DNA of 64,000 bases from Deltaproteobacteria bacterium (GTDB lineage Bacteria; UBA10199; JACPAL01), in contig JACPAK010000001.1 of the NCBI GenBank assembly GCA_016180845.1, forward strand, positions 425,497-489,496, read 5' to 3'. Below the pieces are notes generated by a model that was not told the origin of the DNA, did not search any database, and saw nothing but the letters and a program-made list of their open reading frames with translations. Below, piece after piece: positions 41,116 to 48,361 of the stretch (position 1 is the first letter of the stretch; every line of letters starts with the position of its first letter). Position numbers and translations under genes: made by a program.

Positions 41116-41844
41116 GTGGAGGGAGTTTACCAAAGCGCTGAGAAAGCGATCCTTTACCTGGATGACCAGGCCTCTCACAGGCTCCTTTTCGAGCGTTCCT
41201 TCCGGGGGGATTGGCTGATCCTGACCACCTCTTCCGCCTCTGAGGCGATCAAGATTCTCAAGGAACATGATGTCTTCCTCGTCATTGCCGATCAGAACAT
41301 GCCGGAGACCACCGGTATTGATTTTTTGACAGAAGTAAAACAGATCTCCCCGCAAGCGGTGCGGGCGATCCTCTCTGCCTACGGCGATGCCGACTTAAAA
41401 AAAGAGGCGTTCGAGAAGGCCAAGATCTCGGCCTATCTGGAAAAACCGTGGGACCGGCATAAGATCCGGTCTTTTATTGAAGAGGCCTACAACCGATTCT
41501 CGAACGGGGAGACAATCCCCATCAAAGAAGAACCACCCGAAAAAAAAATTGAAAAATTAATCAACGAGGGTTCCCAATCCTCGAATAATCTTTGCAAACT
41601 CGTCTCACAACTTGAGGCGAGGGTGGATGAACGAGGGCGTAAGCGAATTATCCTTACCTATAGTGAGCCGCGTCTAAAAAATTTCGTCGTCCTGATCCGT
41701 CGTCCCTGTCCGGAAGAACTTTTAGAGGCGGCGGCAGCGGCTATTGTTGCAGAGAATGAAAAAATGGAAGGGGCTCTTTTGCGATACCTCAAGCGGCTTT
41801 CGTCCGAAGATAGCGCTCCATCTCTTGGGCCGACAGTGAATTAA
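41116..41844 (+). CDS. response regulator (REC domain plus uncharacterised C-terminal domain)
   Basis: The pattern LYLDDQ...VIADQNMPETTGIDFL...SAYGD...YL.KPW is a CheY-like receiver domain. The last ~110 aa are unassigned. Confidence 0.75.
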   Translation: MEGVYQSAEKAILYLDDQASHRLLFERSFRGDWLILTTSSASEAIKILKEHDVFLVIADQNMPETTGIDFLTEVKQISPQAVRAILSAYGDADLKKEAFEKAKISAYLEKPWDRHKIRSFIEEAYNRFSNGETIPIKEEPPEKKIEKLINEGSQSSNNLCKLVSQLEARVDERGRKRIILTYSEPRLKNFVVLIRRPCPEELLEAAAAAIVAENEKMEGALLRYLKRLSSEDSAPSLGPTVN

Positions 41845-43519
41845 GCACATCCTTTTTAGTGAACCACCCCTTTCGAGCAATACCGATTCCGTAAAGGTAG
41901 GCAGCGATCCCTTCGACAGAATGCGCATCCGGATTGATGCAAACCCTGACCTTTTTTTCTTTCGCAAAAGGTCCAAGTCTCCAATCGAGGTCAAACCGAT
42001 GGGGATTTGCATTGAGCTCGATCACCTTCCGATAGTCAGCAGCTGCCTGAATCACCTGTTTCATATCGACCGCATACCCCTCCCGCTGGAGGATGAGCCG
42101 GCCCGTTGCATGTCCCAGCATGGTGAAGTATTTGTTCTTGAATGCCCTGATAATCCGCATCGTCATCTCGGATTCCGGCATCGTAAAAGAGGAATGCACG
42201 GAACCGATCACGAAATCGAACCGCTCCAGAATTTTTTCGGGATAATCGAGAGAGCCATCCGGCAGGATATCTGATTCTGTCCCCCAAAATATCCGGATCT
42301 TGAATTTTTTCCGAAGTCTCTCAATCTCCTTCTCCTGCTCTTTCAGTCGATCCGGTTTCAATCCCCCTGCGTAATAGGCTGACTGGCTATGATCAGAAAG
42401 CCCGATATACTCAAGACCTAAACGTTCTGCCTCGGCCACCATCTCCTCAAGCGGTGCCGTCCCGTCACTCCAGGTAGAATGGATATGAAAAACACCTCGG
42501 ATATCTTTTGATTCAAGAAGGTCAGGAATTTTCCCCTCTTTTGCTGCCTCGATCTCTCCCATCCCTTCCCGGAGTTCGGGCGGGATATAACTCAGCTTCA
42601 ATTTTTTGAAGATCTCTGACTCATCCTTGCATGAAATCCGTTTTGTGCCCTTGAAGAGGCCGTATTCATTGAGTTTCAGATCAAATTCCTTTGCCAATGT
42701 CCGTAACTGGGTATTGTGTTCGGCGGAACCGGTGAAATAATGGAGCGCAAACGGGAACTCAACATCCGATACCACGCGCAAATCGACCTGAACCCCATTC
42801 TTCTTCAGGGTGATGGCGCTCTTCGTTCCCCCATGAGCCACGACAGATTCCACCTCAGGGAGTGTGACAAACCTCTCCATGACCGAGGCAGGATCTTTAG
42901 AGCTGGCGAGGATATCAATATCTCCGATCGTCTCCCGATGGCGGCGCATCGAACCACAAACTTCGGCTCGAATCACCTTCGGGTCCTTCTTGAGCCTTTC
43001 TAACATCGGAAGGGCTGCCACCAACGCCTCGTCATAACGTCGGCGCTCCGCATAAACCTTCAGGTGCTGAATTCCATCGAGTATCTTCTTTTCTGTCTTT
43101 TCACCGAACCCCTCCAGGGAACGAATCTTTCCCTTCTCACACCCTTCTTTAAGCTTGGCGATCGTGTCGATCTTGAGTTGATCATAGAGTGCCTTCACCT
43201 TCTTCGGACCAAGTCCCGGGATTCGGATCATTTCCAGAAGTCCCGCTGGGACCTTTTTCTTGAGCTCTTCAAAATATTTGAGTTTTCCCGTCGTGACGAG
43301 GATGGTGATCTTTTCGGTCAATGCCTCGCCAAATCCGGGAAGGTCCTGGAGTAGGGGCGTATGGCCATACGCCCCTACGAGTTCTTCCATTGATTCAGAT
43401 CTTCCCTCCAAGGTTCTTGCCGCATTGTAATAGGCGCGAACCTTGAAAGGATTTTCGCCGATGAGCTCCAAAAGCGTTCCGATCTGACTCAGAATTTCGA
43501 TTACTTCCGCCTTGTCCAT
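41789..43519 (-). CDS. polX: DNA polymerase X family protein with PHP domain
   Basis: N-terminal PolX helix-hairpin-helix modules (NPFKVRAY..AAR, PGLGPKK), GSMRR...GDIDIL, and a C-terminal PHP domain (HIHS.WSDG). Confidence 0.9.
   Translation of the reverse strand: MDKAEVIEILSQIGTLLELIGENPFKVRAYYNAARTLEGRSESMEELVGAYGHTPLLQDLPGFGEALTEKITILVTTGKLKYFEELKKKVPAGLLEMIRIPGLGPKKVKALYDQLKIDTIAKLKEGCEKGKIRSLEGFGEKTEKKILDGIQHLKVYAERRRYDEALVAALPMLERLKKDPKVIRAEVCGSMRRHRETIGDIDILASSKDPASVMERFVTLPEVESVVAHGGTKSAITLKKNGVQVDLRVVSDVEFPFALHYFTGSAEHNTQLRTLAKEFDLKLNEYGLFKGTKRISCKDESEIFKKLKLSYIPPELREGMGEIEAAKEGKIPDLLESKDIRGVFHIHSTWSDGTAPLEEMVAEAERLGLEYIGLSDHSQSAYYAGGLKPDRLKEQEKEIERLRKKFKIRIFWGTESDILPDGSLDYPEKILERFDFVIGSVHSSFTMPESEMTMRIIRAFKNKYFTMLGHATGRLILQREGYAVDMKQVIQAAADYRKVIELNANPHRFDLDWRLGPFAKEKKVRVCINPDAHSVEGIAAYLYGIGIARKGWFTKKDVLNSLSAQEMERYLRTKAA
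43351..43378. repeat. perfect 28-nt palindrome (family A) inside polX
   Basis: GTAGGGGCGTATGGCCATACGCCCCTAC, translated as (V)GAYGHTPL. Same element as 34543-34568. Confidence 0.85.
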
Positions 43520-44754
43520 AGAAAACGAAGTCCTTCCTGACAGGTTAGAAATTTTTCTGCCAACTCCTTCTCAGTATCTCCTCCCAAATTGATTAGACCA
43601 TAACGATAGCTCTTCCCGTCCTGAAGCTCTTCCGAAAGACGATGACCGATCCGTCCAAAAATCTCAACACGGATCTCCGGAAATTTTTCTTCCAGGCTAG
43701 CGATCTCCTCCGGAGAAGGAAGTCGATGGACCGTTTCGTCCTCAAAGGTTCGCAAGACAAAACTGGAGGCGACCCTAAATTTACCCCGATCCCTCTGAAA
43801 CCTGGGTTTCTTTCCCAGGGCGAGTGCTATCTGGATCTCATAGGTATTGGTCCCATGGACCTTCTCCATGAGGTCCGCAAATTGGGAGCAAAGGCGAGGA
43901 TTGACCTCGATGATATGAATCGAATCTTTTTTTGAATTGTACATCATCTCGATATTGAAAATTCCGTTATCGAAACCAATCCCTTCAATGAACCTCTGAG
44001 CAATTTCTCCCATTCGCTCCTGAACATGACGCCCTAATTGTGAGGGGTAATCAAATCTTCGAAAACAGCGTGTCCCAGGGTACATCACGGAGTCAACGAT
44101 TCCGATAATCATTGCCTTGGATTCGAAAACAAAGCCCTCGATGGTTACCTGGTCTCCTTCCAGGATCTCCTCGGCAATCAGACCATTCGCAGGGAGAGAG
44201 AAATCTGTGTATTTTTTTAAGAGCTGATTAAAGGGGCGCACAAACGAAGAGAGATGTGAGTCTGCAAGTTCAATCTGTCTTTCGAGATCGGCAGGATTGG
44301 AGACCGGCTCTGCCAGGATCGAGAAAAAAGATTTGGCCGGTTTGACAAAAAAAGGGAATGGGAGTTTCGGCACTGAAGAATCTCGCTCTTTTGGATCGAT
44401 CCAGAAAAACCGGGGTGTCGCCTCGGGAACTAGTTTTTCCTGGGCCTTCCGGCAGTAGTATTTGTGCTGACACAATAGGATTTTTTCGGGTTTTGGCGAA
44501 GAGAGTCCAAGTTCCCTCGCCAAGAGGCTCGCAATAATACTCCCTGGATAATCATCCGTACTGATAATTCCATCGACCTTCTGCCTTCGGCAGATTTTCA
44601 AAACCTCTTCGATGTAGGCCAAGGGGTCAAAGTTATCGAGATGCTCACTCGCATCCTCTCCATGAAAGGTTACATGGTGTCGTCGATCCAGGCCTGTTTT
44701 CCGAATTTCCCGAAGGTCGCGGTGAGTGGGACAAACAAACAGGAGTTGCTGCAT
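43501..44754 (-). CDS. ATP-grasp domain protein (unknown substrate)
   Basis: 417 aa with pre-ATP-grasp and ATP-grasp organisation (...IIEVNPR... Mg/ATP-binding motif). It overlaps polX by 19 nt. Confidence 0.7.
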   Translation of the reverse strand: MQQLLFVCPTHRDLREIRKTGLDRRHHVTFHGEDASEHLDNFDPLAYIEEVLKICRRQKVDGIISTDDYPGSIIASLLARELGLSSPKPEKILLCQHKYYCRKAQEKLVPEATPRFFWIDPKERDSSVPKLPFPFFVKPAKSFFSILAEPVSNPADLERQIELADSHLSSFVRPFNQLLKKYTDFSLPANGLIAEEILEGDQVTIEGFVFESKAMIIGIVDSVMYPGTRCFRRFDYPSQLGRHVQERMGEIAQRFIEGIGFDNGIFNIEMMYNSKKDSIHIIEVNPRLCSQFADLMEKVHGTNTYEIQIALALGKKPRFQRDRGKFRVASSFVLRTFEDETVHRLPSPEEIASLEEKFPEIRVEIFGRIGHRLSEELQDGKSYRYGLINLGGDTEKELAEKFLTCQEGLRFLWTRRK

Positions 44755-44776
44755 AAACTCATCTTTTCATAATCGT

Positions 44777-45408
44777 TCATAATCTAAAACCAAACGGGAG
44801 AAGTTCCCCTACCGTAAACTCTCCGGCCCCCTCGATCAAGACAAGCGCATCCTCTCCCATCAGTTCGATCATGACCTGACGACAGGAGCCACAGGGGGTT
44901 TTGAGGTTTATTGGGGCCGACAGAGGATTCCGAGGGGTCGAGAGGGCGATCGCGACAAAATCCCCCTTCTGCGCCCCCCATTGATTGCGGCGGTGAGGGC
45001 GGCACGCTCGGCACATTGGGTCAGTCCGTAACTGGCGTTTTCGACATTGCATCCGGTAACAATCCTCCCATCCTTGGTCAGCAGGGCCGCGCCGACAGGA
45101 AAGTTTGAGTAAGGACGATACCCCCTCTCTGATGCCTCACGCGCCTTGGCAAGAAGCTCTAATTTTTTCGCTTCAGAAATTGATGAGGGTAGAACACGTT
45201 TCAAAATCGGAGGTCTGATAGCCTGATGGCTTAATCGCCCCCCCCGAAGAAGCCAGCCGAGGGCGAAGACAGCGACCAATCCACCAGCAATGAAAAAGGA
45301 ATCATCCGGTTTTGCCCCTGGTGCCGGACCACCGGCCAGGAGAAGCGGACCGTTTCCAAAACCCCATTTTGGTCGAGAGGCATTCGATGAAGAGACGTTC
45401 TCAGACAT
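44777..45408 (-). pseudogene. cdd: cytidine deaminase interrupted by a frameshift at a 6-nt homopolymer
   Basis: ORF 44908-45408 carries the ...NFPVGAALL...CAERAAL zinc motif. ORF 44777-45052 carries PCGSCRQV and the C-terminus in another frame. The junction is at the C6 run 44974-44979. Confidence 0.7.
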
Positions 45409-45598
45409 TTTTCCCCCTTCATGTCGAGATAACCAGTTCCTATCACCTTGAAAGCAGATGGCAAGCCCTCACGTGGATTTTTCATACTTGAACTCACCAC
45501 CAAGAGAGGGCATGAAGGGGAAGATTTATAGCGAATGAGCATTGTTCGGATCGGATTGACTCCGTCCGAACAAGCGGAATGAGCGGTGAAATAGTTAC

Positions 45599-45639
45599 AA
45601 TCAGATGGGGTTGTTAAGGGGAGAGCGGTATCTCCCCTT
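45599..45639. repeat. second copy of the pgk-tpiA insert core
   Basis: AATCAGATGGGGTT..AAGGGGAGAGCGGTATCTCCCCTT nearly matches 32449-32492. It ends 9 nt upstream of tRNA-Gln. Confidence 0.8.
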
Positions 45640-45648
45640 AAATAGAAT

Positions 45649-45719
45649 TGAGGAGTCGTCCAACGGCAGGACACCTGGCTCTGACCCAGGGAATCTAGGT
45701 TCGAATCCTAGCTCCTCAG
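45649..45719 (+). tRNA. tRNA-Gln (anticodon CTG)
   Basis: Hand-folded 71-nt cloverleaf: acceptor TGAGGAG/CTCCTCA (U1-A72); D arm GTCC/GGAC; anticodon arm CCTGG-CTCTGAC-CCAGG; T arm CTAGG-TTCGAAT-CCTAG; discriminator G. Confidence 0.9.
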
Positions 45720-45759
45720 CATTAATACACCTGCTCCTTTCGGAGCCGGTGCATTAATG
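45720..45759 (+). other. long hairpin immediately 3' of tRNA-Gln
   Basis: CATTAATACACCTGCTCC-TTTC-GGAGCCGGTGCATTAATG pairs at 16 of 18 positions. No U-tract follows it. Confidence 0.4.
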
Positions 45760-45944
45760 ACAGTAATTGCTAGGATGAGAACGGCGCTGAACGCCGAGCG
45801 ATTAGCGAGGAAAAGCGAGCCAATTCCGGCGAGCGGCAGTGAGGCGCTGACGCCCTGAGCCGTACCTGACAGCGCATTTAGGCGAAGGGCGAATCCTAGT
45901 GTAGTATAAATATCTGTCGGGAGCGACCCTAGCCACGTTATGAC

Positions 45945-46301
45945 TTAAAGAAATTTTCGGTAATCAACTCCAAAGGTCTCTGCCAATCTCCTGGCCGTTG
46001 CCGGTCCGATCGGTCTCTTGCCGGAGATCATGGCTGAGATGTTCCCCTGGGGGATGCCCGTCGCTTTTGCAAGCCTCTTTTGCGTCCAGGACTGGCCCGT
46101 CATATAGGCGACAAGGGCACCACGAGGCGAGTCAACCCACGGGATTCGTTTCTTGATCTTGGCAAGGAGTTCCTCAACCGGCTTTGTTTCATCAACGGCC
46201 AGCTTGAGACTCTCCTCGATCTTCTTTCGGAGCCTCTTGGAAATTTTAAAACGGGGGGTGACCTTGATAGCTCCCAGACTTGTTGCAACATTCAGAGTCA
46301 T
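45945..46301 (-). CDS. higA: HigA-like antitoxin (XRE-family HTH)
   Basis: C-terminal HTH motif SWTQKRLAKATGIPQGNISAMISGKRPI. ATG 46301 has a GGAGG RBS 13 nt after the toxin stop. Confidence 0.75.
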   Translation of the reverse strand: MTLNVATSLGAIKVTPRFKISKRLRKKIEESLKLAVDETKPVEELLAKIKKRIPWVDSPRGALVAYMTGQSWTQKRLAKATGIPQGNISAMISGKRPIGPATARRLAETFGVDYRKFL

Positions 46302-46314
46302 AATCGATCCTCCT

Positions 46315-46590
46315 TCAGTAAGCCCCTTCTCTCGTGCTGACCTCAATGACCAAAATGGTCAAAGCCCCCTGTGAGACCGAATAGATCAGCCGATGCCGGT
46401 GATCGAGACAAAGCCTCATCAATCCACTCATCTCGCCCTTTAACGGCTTCACATTCCACCCCCTCGGGCAGGGGCCTTCTGTATTCATATCCTGGATGGC
46501 CTGACGAAAAGCAACCTGGGTTGATGGTCTTAGTTTATCAACAGCCTTCTCGATCCGCTTCGGATCTTTAAAGATGACCGTCCAGGGCAT
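46315..46590 (-). CDS. higB: RelE/ParE-superfamily toxin (HigB-like, toxin-first arrangement)
   Basis: 91 aa. W.V.F......K.V.KL...........I..M...P....NVKPLKG...GL.RL.....RLIY.V......I.VI.V..RE.AY fits the RelE fold pattern. Confidence 0.7.
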   Translation of the reverse strand: MPWTVIFKDPKRIEKAVDKLRPSTQVAFRQAIQDMNTEGPCPRGWNVKPLKGEMSGLMRLCLDHRHRLIYSVSQGALTILVIEVSTREGAY

Positions 46591-46597
46591 AAAAAGT

Positions 46598-46617
46598 GTA
46601 TATCAGTAATGATATAC
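46598..46617. promoter_or_regulatory. candidate higBA operator palindrome
   Basis: GTATATCA-GTAA-TGATATAC with perfect 8-bp arms, 8 nt upstream of the higB ATG. Confidence 0.4.
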
Positions 46618-46649
46618 TAGTCAAGCCTCATTTCTTCACGTGCTCCAGA

Positions 46650-46870
46650 AGGTCTCCCGGTTTGCACTTAAAGAATCGGCAAACTTTTCTTGAGGAAATC
46701 AAAGACATTCCTTTGAATAATCTTGTTTATCTCGATGAAAGCGGGGTGAATGAGAATCTACAAAGAGAGTCTGGCTGGGCGCCGCGTGGAGAAAAAATCC
46801 ACGGAGAAGTCTCCGGCAAGACAAGGAAACGTCTGAGCATGATTGCGGCATTGAACGAAAAAGTTTCCCT
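46650..46870 (+). mobile_element. IS630/Tc1-mariner-family transposase fragment (remnant)
   Basis: The translation ...LVYLDESGVNENLQRESGWAPRGEKIHGEVSGKTRKRLSMIAALNEK is the start of a DDE_3 domain. The N-terminal HTH and the rest of the DDE domain are absent. Confidence 0.6.
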
Positions 46871-46895
46871 AAAATTCATTGTCGTAGTTCAGCAT

Positions 46896-48095
46896 TCATG
46901 GCCTTTGCGGAATGAAAATATTGACGATAATCCCCTCATCCGTAATCGCCAACGGTTTTATTTCGATCCCCGCATCATCATCCTGATAGACTTGACCCAC
47001 CGCCAAGGCAGCATCAAAAAAATCCCTCGCTCCCAGGAAGTCGTTTTCAATCAAGAGGTCGGTATAATGGGGGTGAGAGTTGGGGGTCATATCAAGAAGA
47101 TCACTGGAGCTACTATTATAGTCGTCACCTCCTTGATGGATCAGGAGTCCGCCATAGGTGGGGTGATTGAGCGGGAGCACGGCATCAAAACCGATCGGTT
47201 GCCGAAATTCCAGGTAGTAATAAATCGGCCCCAGAGGTTGAATTTCATTTGGGCCGTCTTCTTTCAGGATCTTGATCGCCTTGATCCCTTCTTTTTGAGA
47301 GGAAATGGGTTGGATCGTGTAGGTACCGCTCTCTGTGACCTCGATCAATTGATGCTCCTCATCGAACCATCCCAGATACTCCTTATAAAGGGCGTTGTGG
47401 TGCATCGCCCGTGTCCCCATTGTTGTGTAATGATCCTCATATTCCCATCTCTGGCACTCCCAAAGCGGAGGGGGATAAACAGGGGGCAAGGGCGTTATGG
47501 TACTGACATCACCACACTCATAGGCATAGGCGTGATCAAGTCCCAAGTTGTGTCCAAATTCATGGGCGAGGGTAAAGAGGCTCAATCGACCATTGATGGT
47601 AACGAGCTTAAATCCCTTGGTGCCGTCATAATCGTCGGATTCAAGCCGGATCGACTCTCCACCAGCGGTTCCTCCGAAACAAGGTGTCGCCTGAAAAATC
47701 ACAATCAGATGCCGATAAAGTGAAAAGTCAACATCATCGTCCGCCCGATCCACCACCTGTTGGACAACTTCATCTTCAAAGGCGTCATCATGCTTGAGGC
47801 ACTGCTCGCGTGTCGGCCGTGGCAAGGTATACCACCCATGGACCTCCCCAAAGATCGTTTCTCGACCATAAGAGTTTTCCTCCATGAAGGCCTTCAAAGA
47901 GCCTGATTCTCCAAAAACCATGTTATGGACCTGTACTGGAGTTACTGAAGACTGTTTCGGATTTTCGAATCTTGCGAGCAAGACAACGACGCTGTCCTCC
48001 CATTCAGCAGCCTCCGCAAACATCGATCTGCCGATCATTGTCTGGCCAAACAAAATAATAAAAAAGACGATCCATCGAATGAAAGGTTTCTTCAT
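46896..48095 (-). CDS. secreted zinc metalloprotease (metzincin-type HExxHxxGxxH)
   Basis: ATG 48095 has a GGGGGAAAT RBS. Signal peptide MKKPFIRWIVFFIILFG... and active site HEFGHNLGLDH. Confidence 0.75.
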   Translation of the reverse strand: MKKPFIRWIVFFIILFGQTMIGRSMFAEAAEWEDSVVVLLARFENPKQSSVTPVQVHNMVFGESGSLKAFMEENSYGRETIFGEVHGWYTLPRPTREQCLKHDDAFEDEVVQQVVDRADDDVDFSLYRHLIVIFQATPCFGGTAGGESIRLESDDYDGTKGFKLVTINGRLSLFTLAHEFGHNLGLDHAYAYECGDVSTITPLPPVYPPPLWECQRWEYEDHYTTMGTRAMHHNALYKEYLGWFDEEHQLIEVTESGTYTIQPISSQKEGIKAIKILKEDGPNEIQPLGPIYYYLEFRQPIGFDAVLPLNHPTYGGLLIHQGGDDYNSSSSDLLDMTPNSHPHYTDLLIENDFLGARDFFDAALAVGQVYQDDDAGIEIKPLAITDEGIIVNIFIPQRP

Positions 48096-48314
48096 ATTTC
48101 CCCCTTGATCAGAGAAAAGGGAGCAATCGCTATGCCAACGGACAAGAGTCTCCACTCTGAGAAAACAGGAGAGAAATTGAAGGGATGGAAATCCCCACCC
48201 CTCTGGATTTGATTCCCCGCTGAGTTTTTTTAAACCCATTTACGATCCAAATTCTGACATCTTGAGTAAGGATAATTTTCTTGATCTCCACGTCAAATTA
48301 TTTTACCTACCTCT

Positions 48315-48340
48315 AACTAGACTGACATGTCAGTTTAGTT
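48315..48340. promoter_or_regulatory. 26-bp near-perfect palindrome, candidate operator upstream of the activase operon
   Basis: AACTAGACTGACA|TGTCAGTTTAGTT matches at 12 of 13 positions per half-site and ends 21 nt before GTG 48362. Confidence 0.45.
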
Positions 48341-48361
48341 AATGGGTGGGGAGAATTTCCA

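Noticed and set aside
45231-45674. 147-aa minus-strand ORF with GTG start
   Set aside because: It overlaps tRNA-Gln, the dispersed repeat and the cdd upstream region. It has no RBS or motifs and is likely spurious.
45805-45825. GCGAGGAAAAGCGAGCC, reminiscent of the RNase P RNA GAGGAAAGUCC box
   Set aside because: It is not an exact match to the universally conserved motif. The surrounding ~180 nt is far too short and lacks the other RNase P conserved regions.
46871-47723. Remainder of the 375-aa ORF 46596-47723
   Set aside because: Only the first ~90 codons resemble an IS630 transposase. The rest is antisense to the metalloprotease gene 46896-48095 and has no transposase features.
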